A stretch of DNA of 64,000 bases. It comes from the human T2T-CHM13v2.0 reference genome, Homo sapiens. A program made the position numbers and the translations under genes. The notes under the pieces are model-generated. The model searched no databases, had not been told where the DNA came from, and was given only the letters and a program-made list of their open reading frames with translations. Where the stretch lies: the NCBI RefSeq assembly GCF_009914755.1, contig NC_060925.1; one strand, given 5' to 3'. Below, piece after piece: positions 26,952 to 40,137 of the stretch (the stretch's first letter is position 1; each line of letters begins with the position of its first letter).

Positions 26952-27707
26952 TCAGCAAAGCCAACATAAAAGGGCCTATGTGGCCATTCACTATTCTTGT
27001 TGCACTTTATGCAAATAATCAGGCAAAGCATAATAATAAATGTTATTTTGCAAATAAATTTGCCCTACTAACATCTTTCTTTGGGAAACTGGAGAGAGAA
27101 AAATTATATTTCAGAAGAAAAATGTAGTACACCAATTATTAGATTCTAACTTTGTCTATCGTTTGAGTTTTTATAATTTTCCTACAATTTGGACTAAATC
27201 TTGAATTATTTCTTGGCTACAAGTCTCTGAAGAATGACTTGGTTTTAATTTTTTTGTGTGTGTGATGGTTTTAGGTGATTCTTAGTGGAATAGTGTGTGA
27301 GTGTGTTTTGTTTGTTTAGAATGCAAATTGTTTTTGTTGTAATCCTTATGTGCATTATATTTCTACTATGTATCTCTTGTTGTTTTACTTCTTTAGAAAA
27401 AAAAAACTATACTCACGGGATCCTGAAGACTAAAGATGATTTGACAAATGACAGCAGTTATTCATCAGTGACTTTACTTATATCTTATTTTTTTGCCACC
27501 CTGTGATGCTATCGCAATTTGGTTTTTGTTGCTCTTACAATTCCTTACTGAAACATATTCTCCCCAGATTACCCATGTGGAATAGGACCATCTGAGAATG
27601 AGTTTTTCTAGTGATGTGGGACTAAGCTCCTGAACATAAAAGGAGCCAAAATTGTTTGAGTTCATCTACAATGCTTTCTTTGAAAAACCCTGATGAAAAG
27701 TGGGGAG

Positions 27708-28134
27708 AGGATAAAAGAAAAATCTCTCGGAGCTGTCTGAGGTATTTGAGGTATGCAAAATTTATCAGGTCCAGAGAGACATGAGTATGGGATTTTAATT
27801 ATATTCCCGTATCCATGCCTGGAGGCAATTGTTTAGAAACATTTTTATTCCTGAATTGCTGCCTCACCCGTTATCTTCATGTTCCTGGAATTTGTAATAC
27901 AAAGAACATTGTATAGCCAATCAATAGCTTATGTAAATAAATGTAAACTCTTGGTAAACAACTTAGAAACATTCTCTCTTTTTTTCCTCAAAAACCTACT
28001 TATCAGGGCTGCTAATTGGAGTGTGTATTCAGGGCAACTTGAATCTATGCTCCCAGGAGGCCATACTTAACCATTTTGCTTGAATAAACTCTCTTTAAAC
28101 TAGATTCTGAAGTTTTGATTATTTTAGGTTAACA
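27708..28134 (+). mobile_element. 3' LTR of the MER4-group provirus
   Basis: Direct repeat of 6541-6947; ends ttttaggttaaca. Confidence 0.85.
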
Positions 28135-28183
28135 AATATGTATATTACTATTGTCTATCCTACTGTGTGAAGTGGCCTATGAA

Positions 28184-28244
28184 GTTTTCTCTTGTGTTTT
28201 TATGTATTTTATGTTTTTCTCTTGTGTATTTATGTATTTTATGT
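28184..28244. repeat. ~30-bp tandem duplication
   Basis: ttttctcttgtgt(t/a)tttatgtattttatgt present twice. Confidence 0.85.
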
Positions 28245-28254
28245 ATTCCCTTTT

Positions 28255-28307
28255 ACTGATAAGAACAGATACTATACTTGATCTTAGCCAAAAGGCTGAG
28301 AAGTGAT
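28255..28307 (-). pseudogene. 3'-truncated U2 snRNA pseudogene (first ~53 nt)
   Basis: Reverse complement atcacttctcagccttttggctaagatcaagtatagtatctgttcttatcagt versus U2 ATCGCTTCTCGGCCTTTTGGCTAAGATCAAGTGTAGTATCTGTTCTTATCAGT (3 mismatches). Confidence 0.93.
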
Positions 28308-28500
28308 TACATCTCCCTGTAAAAATGTAAATGAAGGTCTTTTAAAACAATTTTTTAAAATAATTTTTTCCATAACTATGTTTTTCAAATTTTGATATTT
28401 TGGGGTTGTAATTTTCAGATTTTTAGACTTTAGAAATTTTGATCTTTCAAAATTTCAACATTCAGGGTTATGACATCTTCTGTGATTATGGCCCAAACCC

Positions 28501-29110
28501 CACCCTAGAAGGGACAGGGATTATACATTTGACATCTACTTTGTATTTGGGTTTACCTTTCTTTACCATAGTACCACTTTTGTCTCTAGCATGTTTGACT
28601 CTGCTAGAGTGAACTTCCTGGTTCCTGAGGATGTGGAAAATGCCTCTACTGGGGAAATCACTCTTTGTTATATGGAAAATTAACACTATCACCTGTTCAC
28701 TTTGGTTTTTTTCATTCTGGTAGACTACCAGTCAAAGAAAGAAATTACTATACTATCAGGGATAATTGACTCTAATTAAAATGAAGAACTAGGATTGTTG
28801 TTAAATAATGGAGGAGGAATATGCTGGAATCCAAGATACTCTCTTCAGAGTCTCTTGAGGCTTTTAGGACTAGTGATAAATTTGAATACACATTACAGCA
28901 ACCATAGGCTGACAATGGTAAAGCCAAGAAGAGCTGATACTGTTTGGAAATTTGGGTCTTGTTACAACTCAGAGCAGCCAAACTGATGACTGAGGGTGAG
29001 TGAAAGTTAGAAGGATGTTGAAAATTATATCTAATAAATATTAAATATGACCTAAAGATCAGTGGCTGCAGTGTCGATTGTGGTTTACTTTCTTGCCACA
29101 AGACTTTGCA
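28501..29110 (+). mobile_element. ERVL internal region, right part (integrase to 3' region)
   Basis: Resumes the integrase sequence interrupted at 4814 (agaagggacag...tttgggtttaccttt); ERVL-like ggaggaatatgctggaatccaagat. Confidence 0.65.
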
Positions 29111-29118
29111 GATAATTT

Positions 29119-29700
29119 GTTACAGGACCACCAGTTTCATCTGCCCACTGCACAATAACAGACCAATATATTGAATAGCAGGGGTTGCAACAGAAAAAGA
29201 GTTTAATAGTCACTGAGCAGCCAAACAAAGAGATGGGAGGAGCCCTACAATCCATCCTCCTCAGGGGTTCTGACCTAGGGTTTTTAAGGTGATTGTTGTA
29301 GGCAAGGGGATAAAGAGTTGGGGGTCATAGATCAGTCAGGGTGAGGGGGAAGGGATCATTAGGATGTGAAAACTGCATTCTTCAGTTGCGTTAGTGCCTC
29401 AGTGAGGGCCCTCAAACTAGCTGGCATTGGTAGTTTCACGGGAATGAAAGATCTAAAAAATATTTCAAATGGAAAACTTGAGGTTTCTCAACATTAAAGA
29501 TGTTATCTATAGAAACGATTAAGGGAAATTAGTACCTTGGGACCTTGTCTGTGTGACTTACAGGCAGTAAGAAACTAAGAAAGTAAACTAAAGAGTAAGT
29601 TGGTTAATGGTTAATGCTAAGCTGTAACTCTCTTCTAAGTCGATGTTTTTGTCAGAAACTTCTGACAACTGATTTTATTAAATTTGTGAGGATGTATTAA
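29119..29700 (-). mobile_element. ERV1-type solo LTR
   Basis: tgttacaggaccacc...aaagagtttaat...gggtttttaagg has the reverse layout of MER4-group LTRs. Right edge approximate. Confidence 0.6.
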
Positions 29701-29816
29701 TTTTTGTGAATCATGATCTTTACAGTGACTCAGTGTTGGATTTAAGGGAAGAAACATTTGGAAAAGTGTAGTACAAGGGGTTACCTGTATCAGATAATGC
29801 TTGTACATGACATCTT

Positions 29817-30678
29817 TATTTATTTTTTATTATATTTTAAGTACTGGGATACATGTACAGAACATGCAGGTTTGTTACATAGGTATACACATGCCATAGT
29901 GGTTTGCTGCACCCATCAACCCATCATCTACATTAGGTATTTCTCCTAATGCTATCCCTCCCCTAGCCCCCCACTCTCTGACAGGCCCCAGTGTATGATG
30001 TTCCCCTTCCTGTGTCCATGTGTTCTCATTGATCAACTCCCACTTATGAGTGAGAACATGCGGTGTTTGGTTTTCTGTTCCTGTGTTAGTTTGCTGAGAA
30101 TGATGGCTTCCAGCTTCATCCATGTCCCTGCAAAGGACATGAACTCATCCTTTTTAATGGCTGCATACTATTCCATGGTGTATAAGTGCCACATTTTTTT
30201 ATCCAGTCTATCACTGATGGGACTTTGGGTTGGTTCCAACTCTTTGCTATTGTGAACAGTGCTGCAATAAACATACGTGTGCAGGTGTCTTTATAGTAGA
30301 ATGATTTATAATCCTTTGGGTATATGCCCAGTAATGGGATTGCTGGGTCAAATGGTATTTCTGGTTCTAGATCCTTGAGGAATTGCCACACTGTCTTCCA
30401 CAATGGTTGAACTAATTTACACTCCCACCAACAGTGTAAAAGCTTTCCTATTTCTCCACATGCTTGCCAGCATCTGTTGTTTCCTGACTTTTTAATGATC
30501 GCCATTCTAACTGGTGTGAGATGATATCTCATCGTGGTTTTGATTTGCATTTCTCTAATGACCAGTGATGATGAGCTTATTTTCATATGTTTATTGGCTG
30601 CATAAATGTCTTCTTTTGAGAAGTGTCTGTTCATATCCTTTGCCCACTTTTTGATGGGGTTGTTTGTTTTTTTCTTGT
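29817..30678 (-). mobile_element. 5'-truncated L1PA (about L1PA7-8)
   Basis: ORF 30116-30682 is the ORF2 C-terminus with CCHC. TSD cttgt(a/g)catg(a/g)catctt at 29800-29816 / 30674-30690. Confidence 0.95.
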
Positions 30679-30920
30679 GCATGGCATCTTATGTGATTGT
30701 TCTCGTTTGTTTTTTACTCTAGTCATGGTTGTTGTGAATCAGCTCTGGATGTGCTTTAAGAGTATCTCACATGAGTCCTTTGTTGTGCTTTCTATTTTTC
30801 TGTTCTTTACTGTTGTCCTACTCAAGGATAACACAGTAGTGGTTGCCAAAGTGGGGATGCTACAAGAAACTTCTTGGCATAAACATTCTGGTGGTGCAGC
30901 ACAGTTTATCCTTGTGGGGT

Positions 30921-33081
30921 GACTCACAGCTCCCCATGGTTGAAGAGGCCTCACAATCATGGCTGAAGGTGAATGAAAAGCAAAATCACATCTTCCATGG
31001 AAGCAGGTGAGAGAGCTTGTTCATGGGAACTACCCTTTAGTAAACCATCAGATCTCATGAGACTTATTTACTATCATGAAAACAGCATGGGAAAGACCCA
31101 TCCCATGATTCAATTACCTACCACCAGCTCCCTCCCATGAGACGTGGGGATTATTACAATTCAAGGTGAGATTTGTGTGGGGACACAGCTAAACCATGTC
31201 ATTCTGCTCATGGGCACTCTCAAATCTCATGTCCTCACATTTCAAAACTAATCATGCCTTCCCAATAGTCTCTCAAAACCTTAACTCATTTCAGCATTAA
31301 CTCAAAAGTCCACAGTCCAAAGTCCCATCTGAGACAAGGCAAGTTCTTTCCACCTATGAGCCTGTAAAATCAAAAGCACGTTAGTTACTTTCTAGATACA
31401 ATGGGGGTACAGGCATTGGGTAAATACACTCATTTCAACTGGGAGAAATTGTCCAAAACAAACAGGCTACAGGCCCCATGCAATTCTAAATCCAATAAGA
31501 GAGTCATTAAACCTTAAAAGTTCCAAAATGATCTCCCTTGACTCCATGTCTCACATCCAGGTAATGCTGATGCAAGAGGTGGCCTCTCATGGCCTTGGGC
31601 AGCTCTGCCCCTGTGGCTTTGTGGAGTACAGCTTCCCTCTCAGCTACTTTCATGTACTGGCTTTGTGTGTCTACAGCTTTTTCAGATGCACGGTGCAAGC
31701 TGTCAGTGAACCTACTATTCTGGGGTCTGGAGGACAATGGCCCTCTTCTCATGGCTCCACTAGGTAGTGCCCCAGTGGGGACTCTGTGTGGGGATCCATC
31801 CCCACATTTCCCTTCTGCACTGCCCTAGCAGAGGTTCTTCATGAGGGTCCCACCCTGCAACTAACTTCTGCCTGGACATATAGGCATTTCCACATATCCC
31901 CTAAAATCTAGGAGGAGGTTCCCAAACCTCAATCCTTGAGTTCTGTGCACCCACAGGCTCAACACCATGTGGAAGCTGCCAAGGTTTGGGGCTTGCATCC
32001 TTTGGAGCCACAACCGGAGCTGTACCTTATCCCCTTTTCACCATATCTGAAGTAGCTGGGATGCAGTGACTCAAGTCCCTAGGCTGTACACAGTACTGGG
32101 GGCCTGGGTCAGGCCCACAAAATCATTTTTTCATCCTAGGCCCCCAGGTCTGTGGTGGGAGGGGGTGCTGTGAAGATTTCTAACATGCCCAGGAGACATT
32201 TTCCCCATTGTCTTGGTGATTAACATTGTGCTCCTCATTACTTATGCAAATTTATGCAGCGGGCTTGAATTTTTTTCCCAGAAAATCAGTTTTTCTTTTC
32301 TATTGCATTGTCAGGCTGCAAATTTTCCAAACTTTTATGCTGTACTTCCTCTTGAACACTTTGCCGCTTAGAAATTTCTTTTATCAGAAACTGTAAATCA
32401 TTTATCTCAAGGTCAAAGTTCCACACATCTCTAGGGCAGAGGCAAAATGCCACCAGTCTTTTCGTATAGGAAGAGTAAACTCTACTCCATTTCCCAACAT
32501 GTTCCTTATCTCCATCTGAGACCACCTTAGCCTGGATTTCATTGTCTATATTACTAGCAGCATTTTGGTCAAAGCCATTCAACAAGTCTCTAGGACATTC
32601 CAAACTTTCCCACATTTTGCTATCTTCTGAGTCCTCCAAACTGTTTCAACCTCTGCCTGTAACCCAGTTCCAAAGTCACTTCCACATTTTTGGTTATCTT
32701 TACAGCAGCATCCCAGTACCCAGTATCAATTTACTGTATTAGTCTATTCTCTTGCTGCTAATAAAGACATGCTTGAGACTGGGTAATTTATAAAGGAAAG
32801 AAGTTTAATTGACTCACAGTTCCACATGGCTGGGGAGGCCTTGCAATCATGGCTGAAGGTAAATGAGGAGCAAAGTAACGTCTTACGCGATGGCAGGCAA
32901 GACAGCATGTGCAGGGGAACTCCCTTTTATGAAAGTATCAGATCTCGTGAGAGTTACTCACTATCATGAAAAAAACCTTTCCCCATGATTTAATTACCTC
33001 CCACTGGGTCCCTTGCATGACACATAGGGATTATTATAATTCAAGGTGAGATTTGGGTGGGGACATAGCCAAATCATATCA
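30921..33081 (-). mobile_element. THE1-type MaLR (truncated LTR 30921-31201, internal, full LTR 32735-33081)
   Basis: ~1.5-kb MaLR interior (ORF MWESLECPRDLLNGFDQNA); LTR tgtattagtc...ccaaatcatatca. Confidence 0.92.
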
Positions 33082-33437
33082 CATTGCTAAAAGAATACCT
33101 GAGACTGCGTAATTTATAAAGAAAAAAGGTTTGTCTCACAGTTTTGCAGGCTGTATAGGCATGGCTGCAGAGACCTCAAGAATCTTACAATCATGGCAGA
33201 AGGCAAAGGTGAAGCAGGCACATCTTACGTGGGCAGAGAAGAAATAAGAGAGAGAGTGAGGAGGTGTTACACACTTTTAAACCACCAGATCTAATGAAAA
33301 CTCATGTACTATCATGAGAACAGTAAGGGGAAAATCTGTCCCTATGATCAATCACCTCCCACCAAGCCTCTGCTTTAACCAATGAGATTACAATTAGACA
33401 TGATATTTGGGTGGAGATGCAACTCCAAACCGTATCA
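33082..33437 (-). mobile_element. MST/THE1D-like MaLR LTR lacking its terminal ~20 bp
   Basis: cattgctaaaagaatacctgagact...caaaccgtatca. Confidence 0.85.
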
Positions 33438-34109
33438 ACTCATGTACTTTATCTGATTCTCATAACAACTAAGAGACTCTTTGAAATAAGCCAAATGTCT
33501 TTTTTTAAACTTATTATAGAATGATCATATTTTGTACATGCTTCTAAGTTGATATAATGTTTTCCAAATGTATTCTCTTATTTGATCTTACAATAATCCT
33601 AGGGGATTTAATTGAAGAAATATAAGCTCAGAGAAAACTGACTTGAATGGTGTCAGCTGGGAAAAGAATAACAGCTGTGTAGTGTGTTTTTTCTTTAATT
33701 TTCAAAGCTTGTACATGTTTACTTTTTTAAACAGTCTTTCTTTGTCCTGATTGTAGTCAATTATTCATTTACAAAATTAAATGTATTTATTATATTTATA
33801 TGTTCTTCCCAACATTATCAGCTAGGTAGAATGAGCTGGGCCAATAGGACAGAGATATTTATATGCATATGACAAATTTAGCATAATATACTTTAGTTCA
33901 GTAACATAGACAAAGTGTTTATCTTCAGGATTATACTACTTTTTATTCTTGTAAAACATGTATTCTTTTTCATTGTCTTATTATGAAACATAAAAATACA
34001 TAAAAATGAACAGAATTTGAAGTGAATATCTTGATTCTATAATTAACATTTTACTATGTTTATTTATTGCATATCTATTGCATCTCTCCATTTTGCTACA
34101 ATCTGACTC

Positions 34110-34890
34110 CATCTTCCTTGAGCAGTTATAATTGTGTTTAAAATTCTGTCTTTGTCATTCCAAAATTTAGTTCATTTTGTTGCTCTTTATTGCATTGATT
34201 CTTTATTTCTTTTAAGAATGGGTAATGTTTTCTTGTTTCTTTTTGTGACATGCAACTTTGAATTATTTTTTGGGTGTTGTGAATTTCATGTTGTTGAGAA
34301 TTTGGATTATGTTAGGTTCTACCAAAGTATAATTGTGTAAACAGCATTTGTCTTTGATAAAATAAATTGCAATTTCTGGCTCCCCTTCTGTGGTTTCAGA
34401 ATGAACTTTCGTTCAACTTATTAGATTTAGTTGTCTGCTTGGAGTCTGCCCTGCGCATGTGTAGTTCAATGGTCAATCAGATATTTGGCTGTTATCCTAA
34501 TTTGAATTTCCATCTTCTGGCTTGCTCTTTTCAAAGATTTGTATCTTCTTCATTTTCTAGTGCCTGTGATGCCTTGAACACTGTCCTTTAATTCTGCCAG
34601 GTAGCATGACCTTGTGTTTTCCATCAGAGTTTTAGCCAGCCAACTTACGTGGTGCATACTGGAAGGCCTAAAATTTGACTAAATGTGATAAAATAAGAAA
34701 ACTCTCAAGTTCTATTCTCTTTATCTGAGTCTCAACTTCTCTCTAGTCCTGCCTTTATTAATTTAGTCTCTAGTGGCTTCAGGTACCTCGGAGGATTTTG
34801 TTTTCCCTAAGTGTTTTGTCAAGAGTTTATTGTTATTATTTGCTGTATTATTGTTTTGTTAGGAGTTCATGGCAGTGCTGGAAGCAGAAC
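34110..34890 (-). mobile_element. Very old L1M 5'-region fragment
   Basis: Weak similarity (gggtaatgttttcttgtttcttt...tgttgagaatttggattat). Confidence 0.4.
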
Positions 34891-37800
34891 TCTCATGGTC
34901 ATCTTTTAACTCATTACATTTCTGTAATTGAAATCTTTCTTTGATTTATGTGATTTGTAATACTGGATCTTAAAGATCTATTTAAAGCATGTAGCTTATT
35001 ATACATAAAAATTTTTAAATGTTTGCAGTTTCACTTAAACTGGGTCTCCTCTAATAAATAAATTTAGCCTAAATTTATGATAACCCAAAGATACAATCAA
35101 GAACCATTCCCATATTTTATCTGAAGTCTATGAGAAATGCCAATTACAACATTCATAGAAGTGCAGAGGTACAACAAAGCTTACGTATCACTTGCTAGAG
35201 GTGATATGTACAATTGGACTGAATGTTTGAGTATTTGTTTATGGCTGCAGCAAAAATATCAGAAAAAAGCATTCTTGGCTTTAACCTGGTGGCTAGTTAC
35301 CTATTTTACACTCTTTCCTGGTGAAATAAAAGATAACTAGCTTTCCAACATCATCGCATCTTTAAGTACGGTGGTCATTCAAAACATTAAAGTCAATTAG
35401 GTCAAAAAGATCATTTATTGATTTGACATCTCATTCAGATAACCTCACTTATTTCCATGATAGATATTAATAGTGTGGTTCTTATTTTGATTATAGCCGA
35501 CTCTCCTACATTCAAAATACAGCTAAACTATAGACCAAAAAGAATTAATTACGTAGTCTCCATTGGCTAACATTTATGCTAATATTTTCTAGCCAGAATA
35601 AGAAAGCTACTTTGGCATGATTCTTTAAAGTTAACCAACTTACTCACTAAATCATATAGAAAAAGAATTTTTTAATCATTTAAATGTAAGTTTATTTACC
35701 ATATTTTATGTACTTTATTTCATAATAGAAGTCCAATATTTTAACACAATATAGTAGAGGAGATATTAAAAAAAATGAAAAATATCTCTGCTGGCCTATC
35801 AGGTGAAAGCATTTACAGAAATTCTGCCTATGAATAACAAAAAGCTTTGCAACAGAACATTTAAGTAATGTGTCTTTATGACTATTTGAAAACTAGTTCG
35901 CAGACATGTTTTCTGATGATTATGAATCTTGGGCACAGGTTTATTTCAGCATATTCCAAATGGCAACAGCTATACTGCAAAAAACAATTTTTGTCCTGTC
36001 ACCAGTTTACTAATCAAATGTCAGTCTCTTCTCAAGATCTCATGTCTTATCAACAAAGGCCTAAATGAATTACTGTTGCAAATGCCCATCATAGTAAGCA
36101 TCTGCTTGTCTCAGTCCTATGTCTGACGAGCTTAATCTGAAGCATGCCATTTCTGATAGAAATCCAGGTGACATGAAGCTTCTGAAAAAAAATGTACTTA
36201 CACATAAGACCAAAAATTTATATATTCACATTTTAATAAAAACATACTTGTAGTTGGTTATTCAGATCTCATGATAACGGAATGTTGCCTTATATGGTCA
36301 TATCCTTTAGGGAAAAAATAGGGATTATGTACAAAAATTCTCTTTCTTAAAAATATGGTTCTCTCCCTAACCTTGGAAATAGAAGTAAACACCTTTAAAC
36401 TTGGTTCATGCCTTGCATATAGGAATATTATGGCCAGAAGTGAGATTTTATATATGAATGACTTTTAACTCTTTTTCCCACTTACATAGATTTAAAGGTT
36501 CAATTTCAATGACAATTGACCATTTTACTATATGCAATAAAACATATATCTAAATTTTTAAAAACACCTTGAATTCTTAGAATGCATTTTTAAACAATGA
36601 ATTTTTGCATAGACAGATTTTTTGTCTATATCAAGACAATTTCTAGATGAAGCAAGTGAAATAATGATTTTGAAAGATGCTTATATTTGTATCAAACACA
36701 AACTTAGATATTTTCTTGAGTTACTTAAAGTGTAAAAATATTCTCCTTGAAAATATAGAAAACTTGTAGGCAAGATAAAAATAACACTAAGTATAGAAAA
36801 TATGTTTTATTTTTTCAATATGATGATTAAAGTGTTACAAAATAGTACCTTGGTCTGTCCTTACTCCTTTCTTATGTAAATTAATTAACCATTTGGAAGT
36901 GGGTGCACCTTTTTCTCTCAACTTCTCTGTTGTTACCATGTGAGAAAATACAGAAAATAAATTTCTATTTTGGTAAAAGAAACAGTCATGGAACTCAGAA
37001 GCTAGGTCATGCTGTGTTGATGTCAAGCAATGTCAGATGTCTGAATTAATATATATTCTATTTGGAAGCAATGTGGGTATAACAGTATATAATAATAGAT
37101 CTCTCTACTTTTATATTTCATAGTTGATGTGGAATTTGCTGCAAACCATATTAATTCTGTAGAGAAGGCATTGTGCTCTTAAATCACATAAAATTTTTAT
37201 TGCCTGTCTTACCTAATATTTCTTTTGCTCTCAAAACACTATTGGCTTTAAAAAAAAAAAAAGAGAAAAAGAAAAAAATCTTCTGCACATTTCTGCCACT
37301 GTTGAAATTAAACATGGTTTCAACTAAGGGCTATAATCTTCTTTATTCCAGAATAATGCCTTAGGTAACTATAATTGAAAGAAGTGAAATATGCAAAGAA
37401 AAATCATTAAAAGGAAGCATCTTTCAGAACTGTAATTAAATAGATTGGCTGTGAGGAATAAATTAAGGGCAAAGAAAATTAAAATCAGTATAGTATAGAG
37501 GAGACACAACAGAATGCAAACCATGCAATCAAAAAGATAAATACCCTTGACCCTTTTGTTATATGAATACGCATGTATTTTTTTTCTAGTGATTTGCCCT
37601 TGGAGCATTTCTGTACCTTGGTCACATTCTACACAAAATGAGATTGAAATAGATTGAAGTTTTTAAAGAACATACTTAGGCCAGTCTCCTCATTGTAGAA
37701 TGGCCTCAGAGGTGGCAACACAGGAGCTGAGTTATTGTAAGTGGTTCCTCTAGAGATTGGTTTATTTTTGCTGTGACAAGCTTTATTCTGTATTCAGCAC

Positions 37801-38063
37801 CCTTATCAAGTGGCTAACCTATACTAAGGATGACCATAGAAGCAAAAAACAGTGTCTTAAAGACATTTCTATACCAGCATACTTTTAAAAAACCTCATTC
37901 AGTGGTTTTGTGTATAAAAGTATATCATTTTAAATTTAGTCTTTCCAGGCTAGTATTTTATCTTTTTCAATAAATCCAACATAATCTTAATGGGAATATT
38001 TGTTGATATTTTCTTCATATTGTCAAACTTAAAAGTGGTAACTGTAAAGTTTCTAATCTCACT

Positions 38064-38137
38064 TAATAGATGTTTGGACTATAATAGATGCTAGGACTAT
38101 AGTAGATGCTAGGACTATAATAGATGCTAGGACTATA
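38064..38137. repeat. 18-bp minisatellite, ~4 copies
   Basis: Unit taatagatgctaggacta, with variants gttt and tagt. Confidence 0.95.
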
Positions 38138-38194
38138 TAAGCCTTACTCACTTTTTGTGTAATGCAACAAATCCTGAAGATAGTATTAACTATG

Positions 38195-38326
38195 TTTATG
38201 TATTTTTTGTAGAGACAGGATCTCACATGTTGCCCAGGCTGTTCTCAAACTTTTAGAGTCAAGTTAAACTCTTGCCTTGGCCTCCCAAAGTGCCGGAATT
38301 ACAGGCATGAGACACTGCACTCAGCC
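38195..38326 (-). mobile_element. FLAM/Alu monomer
   Basis: tttgtagagacagg...actgcactcagcc. Confidence 0.9.
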
Positions 38327-39884
38327 AACTGTTTATTGTAATAAGTCCCTTTATTTAGATAGATCAACAACCATATGACAAGTGTTTGTCTTGTCTTCTA
38401 ACTAAATTGTTATAAAGGAGCTCTATTTGACTTTCTTACACTATTATAAAGCAACATTGCTGGGCCATTGAATTTTGGAATTGATTTACAAGTTTGTGCT
38501 GTCCTTTCCTTTCTATATCATAAATTTATATATAACTCCATGTAACAGAGGTATGTCATAACTGTCTCTGGCATAATTGTAAGTGATATTCTATTTACAT
38601 TACTTATGTAGAAATGTCATAGACTGGTTCTTAAATCAAATTACATAAAATGCACAAAAATTAGCAATTATGGAACCAATTTCAGCTTCATTATATGGAT
38701 AGATACGGATTTAAGTAATGGAAAAGCATATTTGGGGAAAGAAGCTCCTCTATTTCCAATAGTATCAAGCCTGTAAATTGTATTTATCAGAGAATATTTA
38801 TGTACAAAATTCCATAACTCATTATTTCTTATTATCCAGCCAATGCCATTTAGTCTATTGATCAAGGGCACTAATGGCCCTTTAAATGTCCTCTTAAAGG
38901 TGTTGATTCTGAACACCTGATATTACAAAGATGATTTTATGTATATCTATGTGCAAAATATTTCTTATTGTGTCAAGTTATGTAAATTTTAGTTCAAAGG
39001 AAGAAGACATACCTATCTTTAAAGATGTGTAGAATACACCAAAGTTGTAGATCATGCTGTCATACTACAATAGATCAAATCTTAGCTATATATTAAATTT
39101 ACACATCTACATTAAGCTGGCTCATTTATTGCAGACAAATAGTCAACATGAATCTGGTTATTTGGCATGTTCATCTACTGCCTCAGAATGACAGAGACTG
39201 TTCGAGTGAAATCACTAGTGTTGGCTATAAAACGCTCGATTAATTTATGTCCAAATGATCATTAACAGTCAATACACAACTATGCTACTTATATTAAATA
39301 TATGTAACTTCAAAAGTTCTAAAACTATTTTGATATTTATTGCTTATCCCTATACTAAAGTACTTTAGTTTTAAAATACTGTGGAGAAATACCTCGAGAG
39401 TTCTTACTGCTCTCTTAAAAACATTCAATGAAATACGCCTATGACACACATAATAATACCTGTTCTAAAAGGAAGAGCTCAGTAATACTGTGTTTCAGTT
39501 ACATTAAAAAGCCCTTTCTCATTAATTCAATTTTCTTTTGTAAAAATGTTCCCACTACTGCTGGAGTAATCAGCCTTTCAGATTTATGAGCGATTTTTAT
39601 GTGAGTGTTGGCCTAAAAGATAAAACACCTTGATCAATTGCCAGGTAACTCTTCCAGTCTTCCTTCAACACCATGTTAATCCAGCACATTAAATTATTTT
39701 TAATTAGGTAATCATATAACCATGAATCTCTTTTTTAGGAAATAAAGAAAAAATTTATAATGTCTTCTAAAAGAACAGAAACGGGAAATTATACATGTAG
39801 GAGATACTGCAGAAACTGTTCCCATCACTTTAGAACAGCAACAACAACAACAAAAAGAATTCTGAACTAATCTCTTAGTTTAGC

Positions 39885-40137
39885 AGTATAGCCTCCGATT
39901 CCAGTTTTCTTGGGTTTTCATTGAAGCTTTATGACGTCAGCATTCCTTCCCCCAGGGAGTAGGGTGGGACCCTCTTAAGATCCACTATCAGAAAGGCTGG
40001 GGAAGATTGGAACAAGTGAAAGGAGGGTAGGGGAAGGTCAGAGAGATTCTGTTTACTGAGGCCTGTCTCTGAGGTTTAACATACCCAACAGTGTAACAAA
40101 AGACTACAACAAGGGCTAGTGGAGTTATAAGCCAGGG
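39885..40137. mobile_element. MER21/MER77-like LTR fragment, followed by a TA-rich tract to ~40270
   Basis: gcattccttccccaggg...agagagattctgttt...ggagttataagccagg. Confidence 0.55.

Noticed and set aside
38064-38137. CRISPR-like array
   Set aside because: Head-to-tail units with no spacers, no cas genes, primate context.
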